DNA from: Callorhinchus milii
Lineage: Eukaryota
Direction of reading: 5' to 3'
Length of the DNA: 64,000 nucleotides
NCBI RefSeq assembly: GCF_018977255.1
Contig: NW_024704743.1
Span: 81,656,001-81,720,000 of the forward strand
Below, in pieces: positions 49,551-61,892 of this stretch. The translations under genes and the position numbers were made by a program. The first letter of the stretch is position 1. Each line of letters begins with the position of its first letter. The notes beneath the pieces are model-generated. The model saw only the letters and a program-made list of their open reading frames with translations. It searched no databases and was not told where the DNA came from.

Positions 49551-49879
49551 TCCTCGAATGTCCCATAAACAACTCTAAAGTAGATGCTCTAAAGTCCAAC
49601 TTAATCTTGTGGTGTCCACACATGCACATTTTTGAGGAGGCATCATTGGGAATGGGAATGAGAATCTTCCCTGATTTTTTTGGCATCTACTAAATCTGCA
49701 TTGCTTAATCAAAGGTCACGAGTGGTTTGGATGAAAGTTTCCCAGGCCATTTGATCTCATCCTTCCAGATACCCACCCAACCTGTCCAACCATTACAGGA
49801 TCAAACTGTTTTTTAAACAAGTCCATGTCTGGCCTCAACTATCCTTCCTGATAACCTGTCCCGTCATTAATTACTATAA

Positions 49880-50245
49880 TATTAATAATAATTATTGCAT
49901 TTGATATGCCACCTTATCATGTCATCAAAACATCTCAAAGCACTTCACAAGATAAACTGTAAAGTGATGTGACTGTGTGTGTTTTGTAGGCAAATGCAGC
50001 AACCAATATGTGCCCAGCAAAGTCCCACAAATAATCATGGAGTGAATGACCACCTTTATTTGGGGGATTGTTAATAAGACACCAGGTTAATCTCCCTTTT
50101 CTTTTTGAATAGTACCTTGGGATATTTAGCCCCTACCTTTATAAGCAGACGGGACGACTAAGGTTTAATGTTTCATCCAAATGATGGTACCTCTGACAAT
50201 ACAGCCACCCTCAGCATCTCGTTGGAGTGTTAAAATTGACTATAC
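49880..50245 (-). mobile_element. Deu-domain SINE, headless (apparently inserted in an old CR1 3' end at 49730-49870 and 50245-50290)
   Basis: Tail, body and core; the flanks resemble a CR1 3' end. Confidence 0.8.
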
Positions 50246-51354
50246 TTGCCACAGGGTGAAGAAACACTTTCTGGTGTCTGTCTTTAAAAAAGTGACCCAT
50301 AATAGCATTCCCCTAATGAACTATTGGGGAGCTGAGCTATTCAATGATTCAATGATGGTTCCAAATACTTTTTGTTATTCATTTTGGTTCATGCAAAAGG
50401 TTTTAAAAAACTGCAATATTCCTTAATAATATTCCTGAGAATCATTAGTACATTGCTGGTTCTCAGTCACAGATTCCCCCTCCACTGTTTCGATAATGTC
50501 TTCTCTCATGGGACTATTTCTCTCCATCTCCTTCCCTCTGAAGTCTCTTCCAGCAGATGCTGCCAGCTGCTCGCTGTGTGAGACTCTTTACATGTGAATG
50601 GCTAATACAGAACTTTACACTTTAAGAACCAGAGAGTAGGAAGGGGTGAGTGGATCTGCAGTGACTTCAAGTGATCCGGTAGTTGGGGGTGGGGGTGGCA
50701 ATGAATAGCTCCTTTCTGTCGGCGTGACATCCACACACATGCGGAGGAGAGTCTGTGACAATGTGTTTCCCCATTACACACTGCAGCTGGGTTCACACAA
50801 CAGTCAGTCTGTATTTGACTCTCTCTGAAATAAAAACCTGCAATATAGGCAGCGTGCAGAATACAAAGGCATGAAAGTGCTCAGTGGATGGTCCCTGACT
50901 CCTGGCAGTACTCATCCTGCTATTTGTTATTCTTTACTTGTTTTGATGTTTTACACTTATCAAGGTGATCCATGGCAGTGCCAGGGAATTGTATATGTTC
51001 AGAGTTGCAATGTTCCCAGGTTGGCTGCACCTTGGACCAGAATCTATTAATACCTGTCACGATGATCTTGTTTTAAGCTTCTTTGGTACAATGCCAAACA
51101 CGTGCTTTTTCTCTCTCTCGTGTTAGGGCTACACATGGCTTTCAGTGACCAGCCAGAATTCCTGTTCCCGATGATGCTTCCAGTAAACGTTCAACAAAAA
51201 TACCCTTGGGTGTTATCTACTTCAAATGATACATGTACGGAGGCTTCTGATGTGAGCATGTACATGGGATTTCCTATTATATGTACAAGGCTTAGTGAAT
51301 GATCATCCTGTGTTTAACTTAAACAATGCCATGCACTACCCTTTTATTTTAATT

Positions 51355-51635
51355 ATTTCTTTACACAGAGTGCAATGAACAGGTCAAAAGGGGTCACAAG
51401 AGAGGTCTGGATGAAGGAATCCCTTGAGCTCATTTGATCTCATACTACTAGAATATCAATCCTGTTATTTTCTCAGCTTCAACAAAAAGGGTGGTTAAGG
51501 ACAAGACACTGGAAATAGTTAAACAGTTTGATTTTGTGTTGGGACACCTGTAGGGTAGGTATTGTATTGTGGGGCAGGATGAGATCAAATGGACTGAAGG
51601 GCCTTCTTCATTAAAATGTCCCTTGTGATCTTATG
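51355..51635 (+). mobile_element. Old CR1 3' end
   Basis: ttctttacacagagtg (FFTQ) at the start and the aatggactgaagggccttcttc...tgtgatcttatg tail. Confidence 0.55.
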
Positions 51636-52940
51636 AAAGGAGCTGACTATCCCATCAGACCTTGTAGGAGTGTATGTGGGTGTATGTATGAGAGGTGGGG
51701 TGGGGGGGCGGGGGTGATATTTGAATGCATGTGTGGGGAGATCTGCTGCCTTGTCCCCTCTATGGTGGTGTAGCCGGCTGTCGCTGGCTGTTCATATTGA
51801 ATGCTGATAATCATGGTCCTGAACAGTGCAGTGAAACCATAGCATTCACAATCCATCAAATTGTGGAGAAATTAAGGCTATTCAGCCCAACAAACTAATT
51901 TCTAGTGTACAATCTCGTGTGCTACAGATTGAAGCCCAATATTTTTCATCTCTGTGGGGCTATTTCAGCAGAAAAATCAGAATTCCTCCCCCAAAGATGC
52001 AGTTATATTTACACCTCTGTTATTTCTACAGATAGTTTCCAGGTCAGGAAGCATTCTAACTCGGCAGTACCATATTTATGAACCATAATCACATTGAACA
52101 TGTCTTCTATTACCACAACTGTAATGTATTTCTGCCTTCCACACCAGCTATTCATCTAGCCTTCCTGACGCTTTTGTTAACCCAGCAGGGCTGAAACGCA
52201 TGATAAAATGCAGTCTCGTCTCCGGTTAAACGCTCTGCACACAGGCTCCGGTTTTCTCTGAACGTCGTGCTTCACACATGCGTGCACTCTGACCTCTGTG
52301 ACGTCCAGAGGTAACCACATTAACTGGTCTGTGGCCCTCGCTTCACTGGTCTCACACCCCCCGAAAACCATCCACACAAAGTATCCATTTTACTTTAACA
52401 AGCCTCACGTAAGTCATCAGAAATAGTGGATTCAGTTTGTTTTATGATGAAGTGAAAAGACTTTATAGGAACTGCTTGCACCAACCATTCTTCAATGTCT
52501 ATTATCCTTACCCCATGACATTTGTTTATTCAGCAGGGTATGAGTTAAATTGCTTCAACAACCCATTTATAACAGTAAAAATAACTTTATGTGTGACTTG
52601 ATCTGACATCTCAGTGAACCTAAACACAGACGGAATTAGTTCTATCTTGCACAGTGAATCTAAACAGTATTTAACACACATTTATTTGATGTGTATTTTT
52701 GGATCTAACCAGGCTCTCTAGAAATTCATAAATCACTGTCTTATTTACTGCTAGCTTGAGATTTTTTGAAGTACAGCTAAAAATAGATATTAACACATGC
52801 TCCATAATAATAATTCTTGCATTTGATACAGCACCTTTCACATTCAGGAGGATGTCTCAAAACACTTCACAGTATTTACCATATAGTGAATGAGTGACTA
52901 TTTTGTATTGGCAGCATTTCTGCTTATATCTAATATTTAC

Positions 52941-53301
52941 AGTATCCCATAGTACAGGAGTTAGTGTGCTCACTTTGCAAGTAAGAGTACTCGGGTTCGA
53001 TTCCAGGCTGGGTAAATTCTCAGACAAGTTTCCTTACTCCACATGCCTCGGTTAACCTAGCAGAAATTAGGAATCCATTTATTAGTCAATTGGTGGATCG
53101 TTTTCAGGGGGTGTCATAATCTCTCAAAAATAATTTGGTCACATAATCCATGACTGCTTGTAGGACACTGCTGTATGCAATTGGCTGTTGCAACTCGCCC
53201 ACAAAATATACAGTCAATCCACTTTACAATATATTCTGTGAAGCGCTTTCAGACATCTCAACGACGTGATAAGGCATTATTTCAAATGCATGGATTATTA
53301 T
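52941..53301 (+). mobile_element. Long-form (older) tRNA-Ala SINE, full length
   Basis: Diverged head with ctttgcaag anticodon arm and box B GGTTCGATTCC, central gttaacctagcagaaattaggaatcc motif, and tail. Confidence 0.85.
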
Positions 53302-53365
53302 AAAAACGAAGGCGCTGGTAACACTCAGCAGGTCAGGCAGCATCTATGAAGAGAGGAAAGGGAAT
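53302..53365. mobile_element. Short fragment resembling the terminus of Penelope-like elements of cartilaginous fish
   Basis: aaaaacgaaggcgctggtaacactcagcaggtcaggcagcatctatgaagagagg matches, from memory, a very common shark repeat end. Not verified. Confidence 0.5.
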
Positions 53366-53960
53366 TAGGCGAAGGATGAAATATCCTAAGAACTGAGACC
53401 TAAGACAACTCTGAAATAAAGTGAGTTGGTGCTGTGGAAGATAAAGGTCAAGAGCATGCATGTGTCATCGCATGGCAGGGAGGGTAGATCTCATGAGGTG
53501 GCAAGAGCAGGCGTTAGAGTGACGCTGAATTTCACGGAGGTATCTGTGATCGCAGGTGCATCCGAAGTAGGAAGGAATTTAAGATGGAATCCAAATGGAA
53601 TGAATTGGAGCCTGAGACAGTTTATTATTATTATTGTCTATTTTGATACTGGCTAATAGTTATGTATTACAGGTACACTGCAAGGCGTGACAATTAAGTG
53701 ACATCAGGGCACTATAATAGTCCGTGAGCATTCAAAATATGCATTCACACGTTGGATTTGAAAAAAATAGCGGCCCAGTCCAGCTGGCAACCTGATGAGT
53801 ATTGCGATGATCCATGGGAATTCTGCTTCAAAGTAGATTGTGGAGCTCCAGTGGGTCAATATGATGCTCATCTGATTACCAGCATGACTCACTATTTGTG
53901 AATCCAGGTTGCAAATTTCAACCCCAATGTGATCGTGAATGATATGGACCATCTTGAATT

Positions 53961-54293
53961 ATAATAGTAATAATAATAATAATAATCCTTGCATTTGATA
54001 TAGCGCTTTTCACGTCGGGAGGACGTCCCAAAGTGCTTCACAGAACACACTGTAAAGTGAATTGACTGTATATTTGTGGGCGAACGCGGCAGCCAATTGC
54101 GCACAGCAATGTCCCACAAACAGTCGTAGATTGAAAATGACCAATTTTTATTATTGTTTTTGGTTTTGGAGGGATTATTATTAGGCGTGTGGAGTAAGGA
54201 AACTTGCCCAAGGTTTCGCCCTCTGCCTGGAATTGAACTCAGGTCTCTCGCTTGCAAAGCGAGTGCTCTAACCACTGAGCTACAGGACTCCAC
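53961..54293 (-). mobile_element. Young full-length tRNA-Ala SINE (CTCCC loop) with a 5-bp TSD (GAATT)
   Basis: Complete element; gaatt occurs at 53956-53960 and 54294-54298. Confidence 0.96.
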
Positions 54294-55004
54294 GAATTGA
54301 CTTGAACAGTGATTATGAGTCTTACAAGAGTTTTACACTTTCTAACAATCACACAGTGCAGCCAATAGCATAGTCTTCTTTCCTCAGGTAGGCATTATGT
54401 TTTGTTGCTGGAAATAACTTTTTTGGCTAATAACAAGTTTGTTCTAATGTGTTTTTAATTTGCTTTCAAATATAATGCAAAAGATTTAGTACAGAATCCC
54501 CAGCTTTCACTTTTTGCAATGTTGTGATCTTTCTTAACAGATATTGTGACCTAAGGAATGAGAACAAGAGGTGACGGTAACACATCAAGAACGTCATGCC
54601 AACTCGCACGTTGGTAATACATGAAGGCCATCATGCCAACTCACTAGTCTGCTCTGAAAATAGATTGAGGCAGCATCGTGAAAGGAATTATGTTAAGAAA
54701 GACTCCAATAATGTGAGCTTTAATGTCGCTTGTTCCCATTGCCAGTGAATACTGAATATTGTACCATTCAGAGTTCATGGGATGGATTCTTCTTGCCTAA
54801 TACCTTTGTTTCCTTGTTCACTGTATTCTCTCTAGTTCCATGAATTCTGTGATCATAATGCACTTACTATTGTAGAATATTAAGTGCCAAAATCTCTGTT
54901 TGTGTCTTCAGCCACCTCCCTCCTACTCCCCTTGCTCAGGCCCCTATTTTGTCCCTGTGATTTGCTTTAAGGATTTTTTGCACTATCTAAATGCATTAGT
55001 TATA

Positions 55005-55140
55005 ATATAATAATAATAATCCTTGCATTTGATATAGCACTGTATATATTCCAGATGTCTTAAAGCACTTCACAGAATATACTGTAAACTGAATTGACTA
55101 TATTTTGTGGGTGAATCGCAGCAGCCAATTGCACACAGTA
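55005..55140 (-). mobile_element. SINE 3' half
   Basis: aataataatccttgcatttgatatagcac...gcagccaattgcacacag. Confidence 0.85.
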
Positions 55141-55351
55141 GTTGTTGTCACAGGCCAAATTTCACCTGCAGGTTTGTTAAGCAATAAAAGGAAGGTCTGA
55201 TGAAGAGTGTTGAGGTTTGAAGGACAGCCCTTTGAAACTTTCTGTATGTTACGATTCAGTACTCAATTAAGTTTTGTTCATGGGATTATTAAAACACAAT
55301 ATAATTTACATTTATATCACGTCTGTGACATCAAGAAGGCAAAACGCTTTA

Positions 55352-55480
55352 CACAACAACAACAACAACAACAACAAGATTCCATTTATAAAGCGCCTTT
55401 CATGTCAGGAGGACGTCCCAAGGCGCTGCACAGTTGGGTCATGACCCGAGCAGGGGGGAACTCCTGGGCTGGGTGAGGGA
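55352..55480 (-). mobile_element. L2 3' tail with (CAA)n
   Basis: caacaacaagattccatttataaagcgcctttcatgtcaggaggacgtcccaaggcgctg. Confidence 0.85.
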
Positions 55481-55607
55481 GAAAGTTGCTGAAGAGGGTA
55501 CACCAAATTATATCAATTGTATTAATTCTATTCATTTTATTTGCACTGACAGATATGCAGCGTTCTGAAATGGTATCCCATGTAAAGGGAAATTATAAAT
55601 TGTAACC

Positions 55608-55678
55608 CTGTCCAGCGCCTTGGGACGTCCTCCCGATGTGAAAGGTGCTATACAAATGTAATCTTGTTGTTGTTGTTG
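55608..55678 (+). mobile_element. L2 3' tail with (TTG)n
   Basis: ctgtccagcgccttgggacgtcctcccgatgtgaaaggtgctatacaaatgtaatcttgttgttg. Confidence 0.88.
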
Positions 55679-55964
55679 AAACATGCAAATGAGTTTAAAG
55701 TGGATTATGGGATATGCAGCCTTAAAAGAGGGATACAGTCAGCTCTGGGTTCCAATGAACAGGATATGACCAGATGAAGCAAAACTCCAACTAGGCTGCT
55801 GACATCCAAGCTTTATATTACAGATGTGCAGACAGATGTGCCACTAAATAAAGGCAGACTGTTTGAATTCCCATTTAAAAATAATTAGAGCCCACTCCTT
55901 TTGCCACAAGTAGTGCCAGCTAACATTGTTTCCTTGGGTGAAATTATCTTAATGGCATATAATA

Positions 55965-56392
55965 AATTATAATGATATAATGCCTTTCACATTGGGAGGA
56001 TGTCTCAAAGCACTTCACAGGATTTACTATAAAGCATAGTCACTGTGTACTTTATCGACGAATGTAGCAGCTAATTTGCACACAACAGTTTCCCACAAAT
56101 AGGCAGGAAATGAAAGAGCAATTTTATCTGGACGATTGCTGGCCAGGACATTGGGTGAAACTCTCTTCTCTTTCGAGTAGTGTCATAGGATCTTTAATAT
56201 TCACTGATCAGGCAGATAAGGCCTTCATTTATGACTCATCTGAAAAATGGTAACTCTGATAATGCAGCACTCCGACAGGATTGCATTGGAGTGTCAGCCT
56301 AGTCTGTATGACCTAATATAGGGCTTGAACCCACAAACTTCTGACTCAGAGGTTCAGAGAGCTTTGTCAGCCAACTGAGCCAGACTGACACC
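55965..56392 (-). mobile_element. Deu-domain SINE, full length
   Basis: Tail, core and head (gggcttgaacccacaaacttctgactcagagg...caactgagccagactgaca). Confidence 0.88.
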
Positions 56393-56847
56393 CTCTGCTT
56401 ATCAGTTCATTCCTCAATGTGAGGGTGTCTGCAGCACTAACAGTTCTAATTAATTTTAAAAATAGCCAATGAAGATGGCAATTCATTTTTACAGCAGGTT
56501 TCTTCCTTTACTTCACTGGAAATGTTTCCACAACAGAGTCACGAAGTGCTGAGATCTGGTGGAAAGAAACAATAGCCCATAAAAAACATCACACATCGAA
56601 GAATATTTGCATCAAAACCTGATTCAAACTGTAAATTTCAACGAGGCGTATTTTGGACAAAGTGGAGCCATAGTGTATACACTTGATTCAATCAGCCAGG
56701 AGACGTTATAGGTAAATCATGCTTCATTACACATAACAATCCCCCAGCACTCTGAGACTTTATTTCACGTGAAGGGCGCCATATAAATGTAAGTTGTTGT
56801 TGTTCATTGTGGGACATCGCTGTATGCAAATTGGCTGCCACACTCAT

Positions 56848-57195
56848 CAACAACAACAATTTACATTTATATAGCACCCTTCACACAGGATAGTCCCGGA
56901 GCGCTTCACAGTGTCGGAGTCTGATCACGAGCCAGGGGGAGAGGGAAGGTGACTGTAGGCAAGATCAAAAAGGAAGGTCTTTAGGTGGGATTTGAAGGTG
57001 CGGTGAGAGTGGGTAAGGCGGAGTGATTGAGGCAGAGAGTTCCAGAGTTTTGGGGCGTAGTGGCTGAAGACACGGCCACCGATGGTGAAACGCAGGGCAC
57101 AAGGGACAAATAGGAGGCCAGAGCCAGCCGAGTGGTGGCAACTGGTGGTGGAGTGGGGTAAGCAGGTCGGATAGGTAGGAGGATGCGGGGGCATG
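56848..57195 (-). mobile_element. L2 LINE 3' end
   Basis: FTIGGRVFSHYAPKLWNSLPQSLRLTHSHRTFKSHLKTFLFD, with a (CAA)n tail. Confidence 0.92.
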
Positions 57196-57879
57196 AAGTA
57201 ATTTGAAAAAATCATATAAGCTATATAAATGTATATGTATCTACCTACAAACACACGGTCATTACACTTCATTTGACAAATCATGCGAAGTTCTTTGAGA
57301 CTTCTCGACAATGTGACAAAGTTCTACATCAAATGTAAGGTTTATTAGTCTATCAAAGAGTGAGTAAGTGAGTGAGTTTGCAAAATTGCCAGTAGAGGGC
57401 ACAGTATGTCAAGTTATTGTACTGTTACTAACATCTATAGTGTGATACGCGGAGGCGGTTGAGGGTGGAAGGAAGTGATGCATATAAAGCTTGTGTTAGT
57501 GTCTTTGAAACATACATTAAGCACAATGCAAAACATATTTGAGCAATTCATATATGACTGGTTTGTACATTACTGCACTCTGATTCTACGCCAACGTAGG
57601 TACTCTGAATTGCTCTGTAACACTCTGTCCACAATACAAGACTCTAATTGTTGCCAACTGGTTTGGGGTGGGAGACCGAACCTTGCCAGTGGGTTCCTCA
57701 AAGAGACTATGAGGCACTGTGAGAGCACATAGCTTTAGGAGGAACAAGCAAAAAGCCTCTTTCATTGCCTAGTACAGCTGGACTCCTCAGAAGTCAAATG
57801 CTGACAAGGCTGTCTGTTTTTAGCCTGAAGCAATGTGTTAAGGTCAGATGTAAAATAACGTATATGCTGTTACGGTGCT

Positions 57880-58720
57880 AGGAGAAAAACTAGTGTGAAT
57901 AACTGGCAAAAGCTTTACGACATTTGGCTTTAATAGCAGCGCAAGAGAGTGGAGAGGATACATACGTCCCAGCGGCTAATCATTAACAGAGCCAGTCTCA
58001 TTGTGCTCTTTCATTCAGATCTGCTTTTCTTTCACTCATTCCCTCTGGATAATTAATAAGGCTACGTGAAAAAAAGATGTTGTTAGCCTTTTAAAGTGTG
58101 CTCACATCTTACTAAATGACCCATGGATTACATGGCAGGCCCAGCTTGGTGCCTGCTTCCTCTCCTTCCCCCTCCTCAGCCCAAATTGGGCTCTATTAAA
58201 CAGTGAAAATTTGAAGGAAAAAAAAGGAGCAACTTGCAGGGTCTCGGTGCTCCAGTCTGCGAGATGTATGGAGCAGCTTGTGATGTAACAGCCACTGTGC
58301 ACAAAAGAGGGCTTGTTCAAGACATGCTCCTGATGAAGACATCTTGAGACCCTTGGCTGTTCTATTTTGAAATGAAGGGAAGTACGCGGGGGAGATTTGG
58401 ATGAAGAATTTCAAGCAGAAGCTCATTATTAAAGCACAATACCATCCCCTATTTATCCTGCCTCCATTTGTGGTCCTCCCCTGCGGTGCCTTGCATTGGC
58501 TTCTCCAGTCCATTTGTGTGCACTCGGTGTCTTGTGCATTGGCTTTGTTTGCTAATGGCAGATGAATCTCGGACATGATGTGATTAGCAGCAATGTGTAT
58601 AAAGATCTTGTGTAGCAGTGCCAGAAACTGTCTTCTCTCAAGTCACACGATTTAATAATGTGCATTGCAATTTGCAATTGTGATTTTCTGTTTACACACC
58701 CCACCTCACTCTATCATACT
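57880..58720. promoter_or_regulatory. Candidate conserved non-coding element / enhancer block
   Basis: Repeat-free block with a posterior-HOX-like TTTACGAC (57914), an HNF1-like GCTAATCATTAAC (57975), TAATTAAT and SOX-like CATTGT motifs. Conservation was not tested. Confidence 0.35.
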
Positions 58721-58814
58721 ACACAGTGAAGGTAAAGCCAGCTTACACATTGGAGACATCAGCATTCAGATTTTGTGCCTGCAACAACAACTTGCAGGGT
58801 AGCGTCTCAGAGTG

Positions 58815-59745
58815 TACAACAGCAACAACAACAAAATTACATTTATAGAGCACCTTTCACGTTGGGAGGATGTCCCAAGGCATTGGACAGTCAGGGGTCA
58901 GGATCCAAGCATAGGGGAGGGGTGGGGTAGGGGTGAGGGATGGCAGAGAGGTGGGAGGGCAACCTAAGGCATGATCGAAGAGGAGGATTTTGAGACCGGC
59001 CTTGAATGAGGCAAGGGAGGAAGCGAGGCGAAGGGACTGTGGGATGGAGTTCCAGAGTGTGGGGGCAGAGAGGCTGAAAGCTCGGCCACTGATGGTAAGG
59101 CAGGTTGGGCGGGAGATAGGGAGTAGACTGGAGCCCGCTGTATGGAGGGAATGGGCAGGTTGGCAGGGAGTTAGTAGGTCAGAGAGGTAGGAGGAGGCAA
59201 GGCCATGGATGGTCTTGAAAGTGAGGACAAGGATCTTGAATCCGATGCTCTGAGGGATGGGGAACCAGTGAAGTCGGGTGAGGGTGGGAGTGATGGGGTC
59301 ACGGAGCCTGGTGCGTGAGAGTACACAAGCTGCAGAGTTTTGGATGATCTGCAGCTTATGAAGGGAACAGTTGGGAAGGCCGATGAGGAGGGAATTTCCA
59401 TAATCGAGCCTTGATGTGACGAAAGCTTGAGTAAGGGTTTCAGCAGCCTGAAGGCAGTGGCAGAGTCTGGCAATGTGCGGAGGAGGTGGTAAGCAGTGCC
59501 GGATGTGGGGGAGAAAGGACAGTTCAGGGTCAAACAAGATACCCAGGTTCCTGACTGGCTTAGTGAGGTTGAGTGTGCAGCCAGGATACTGATGCTGCCA
59601 GCGCCCAAGGTGCTGAGGCACTAGCGCGAGCCAGTCAAGAGGGCCTCGATCATGCTTACGTTCAGCTGGAGAAAATTGCCCCTCGTCCAGGTCTTGATGT
59701 CGGACAGGCAATCGGTCAGGACGCCAGTAGTCCTGGAGTTGAGGG
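58815..59745 (-). mobile_element. L2 LINE 3' fragment (~0.93 kb)
   Basis: ORF 58857..59711(-): VRNLGILFDPELSF...AFVTSRLDYGNSLLIGLP...LHWFPIPQSIGFKILVLTFK...APTLWNSIP. Confidence 0.96.
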
Positions 59746-59801
59746 TGAAGACTTGAAAAGTGCTATATCAAATGCAAGGATTATTATTATTATTATTATT
59801 A
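59744..59801 (+). mobile_element. Very short SINE tail fused to the 5' truncation point of the L2
   Basis: gaagacttgaaaagtgctatatcaaatgcaaggattattatt. Confidence 0.8.
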
Positions 59802-59989
59802 TCACCAAATAATTTCTTCACATCTCTTCACATCTATCCCATTCTGCAACCTTATTGCCTTGCTTATGTACTCTGTCCTCTAACTCTGGTATGTTGCTTG
59901 TTCCTGACTTCTTCCATCCCACCACGAATGATCAAGCTTTCAACCATTATGATTCCCGGAACTGAGCAGCAGCCAAAGTCTTCTCAATC

Positions 59990-60300
59990 GCAAGCTATGT
60001 AATTTTAGCTGGTTGAAATTCAGCAGTACCTCACCACACACTCTTGGGTTCTGAAGCCTTGGCTCTTGCCGGCCTATGCCTAATACTCTCTGGAATTTGG
60101 TAAGCAGGTTGTGTCTCTCCAGGGAGAGATTGTGCATTCCATTTCCAGACACAGGGAAATTTCCAAGTGTAGTTGCCAAGTCTCACCAAACTCTCAGTCT
60201 GGTTTGGATACTCTTAAACACGATGATGAGCTTCTGCATGGGTCAGACATGCAAACTAATCAATTTTTTAAAAGAAGCACTCTTTGTGCCTTTAGTCAAC
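59990..60300 (-). repeat. Unclassified old interspersed repeat, copy 2 (homologous to 2750-3065)
   Basis: Translates QEPRLQNPRVCGEVLLNFNQLKLHSL, against EEPRLGDARVCIGVLLEFNQLKPHNL in copy 1. Confidence 0.8.
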
Positions 60301-60397
60301 ATCCTCAAATTTCTTTCCTCCCTGCTTGGTGTCACAGTCTGGCTTATTTGGTAGCAGTATCATCTTTGATTCAGAATGTTAAAGATCCCATGGCATT

Positions 60398-61892
60398 AAC
60401 AACCTCTCCTTATTCACTGGCACTCTTCCCAACCCTCTACACACAGCTGTCATCAACCCTATCCTCAAAAAAAGTTCCTTGGATCCAACAATACTCTTCA
60501 GCTATTGTCCCATCTCCGACCTCCCATTTCTCTCAAAGACGCTGGTCGAGTCGCTGCGTCCCAGCTTCGCGCTTTCCTTTCCTGTCAATCCTTCCAATTG
60601 GGTTTCCATGCTGCCCACAGCTAACAAACAGCCCTGGTCAAAGACACTAACGACATTGTGCCCGTTTCTGACCAGGGCCCTCTCATTGCCTCATTGTCCT
60701 CCTCGACCTCTGCTACTTTCAAAACTGCTGACCACTCTATCCTCCTCCATCGCCCCTGCTCTCAGCTCAACCTTCACGGACCTGCCCTTGCCTGGTTCAA
60801 ATCGTACTTCTCCCACTATCTCCACTTTGTCTCCACTAACGGCTTCTCCTCCAGTCCCTGCACCGTCACATGTGGTCTCCCTCAGGGCTCTATCCGTGGT
60901 CCCCTCCTTTTCAACATTTACATGCTCCCTTTTGCTGACATCATCTGTAGACATGGGGTCAACTTTCACATGTACGTGGATGACACCCAACTCTAACTTT
61001 TCGCCTACACCCTCAACTCCAGGACCACAGACTGCCTGTAGGACATCAAGGCCTGGATGAGAGCTAACTCTCTCCAGTTGAATGGCTACAAGATCAAGGC
61101 CCTCTAGCTTGACTCCCATCAGCGCCTCCAGACCTTGTGCACTGATAGCATCACCCTTCATGGATACATTTTACATCTCACAGAGCCAATATGGAACCTC
61201 GGTGTACTGAACCTCTGTGTACTCCATCTTTCCCCCCTCTGCAACATCACCCGGCTCTGCTACTGTCCTTCATTGCAGGCCGCCGAGACCCTCATCCGTG
61301 CGTTCATCACCTCCAGGCTCGACTATGGATACTCCCTGCTTGTCGGCCTCCCCTACTCCACCCTCCACAGGCTGCAGATCATCTAGAACTCTGCAGCCCA
61401 TATCCTCTCCCACACCAGGCTCCACAACCCTATCACTCCCATCCTTGCCCGACTCCACTGTTCCCCATCACTCAGAGGATACAGTTCAAGATGCTGGTCC
61501 TCACGTTCAAAACTCTCCACGGTTTTGCTCCTCCCTACCTGTGTGACCTCCTAACTCCCTACCAGCCTGCCCACTCCCTCCACTCAATGAGCTCCGGTCT
61601 TCTTCAGGTCTCCCACCTTGCCAGCCCCACCATTGGTGGGCAGGCCTTTAGCCTCTCTGCCCCTCTCTCTGGAACTCCAATCCACAGTCCCTCTGCCTCG
61701 CCCCCTCCCTTGCCTCGTTCAAGACCTGTCTCTCCTCTTCAACCGTGCCTTTGGTCACACTCCTACCCTTACCCTCCCCACATACCACCTCTCCAGATCC
61801 CAACCACCAGCTCGGGTGCGGATTCCTGACTGTCGCCTTGGCCCGTACTCCTGACGTGAAAGGCGCTATACAAATGTAATTTGTTGTTGTTT
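60398..61892 (+). mobile_element. L2 LINE, longest copy (~1.5 kb, most of the RT domain), dead
   Basis: YCPISDLPFLSKTL, F.T.DHSILLHR, CGLPQGSIRGPLLFNIYM, NFHMYVDDTQL and AFITSRLDYGYSLL, with stops and frameshifts and a (TTG)n tail. Confidence 0.97.

Noticed and set aside
53892..54293. Recurrent ORFs ending in KRYIKCKDYYYY or NARIIIII, suggesting a small gene family
   Set aside because: They are translations of the SINE tail and its (ATT)n repeat.
58325..58355. Hammerhead ribozyme core (CTGATGA...), also considered near 55197 and 62826
   Set aside because: There is no correctly placed GAAA with closing stems I-III in any of these cases.
58857..59711. 284-aa ORF as a host gene (likewise 21156..21863, 60111-61829, 33213..33695, 34197..34751)
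   Set aside because: All are frameshifted L2 ORF2 fragments. None has an intact endonuclease-RT reading frame.
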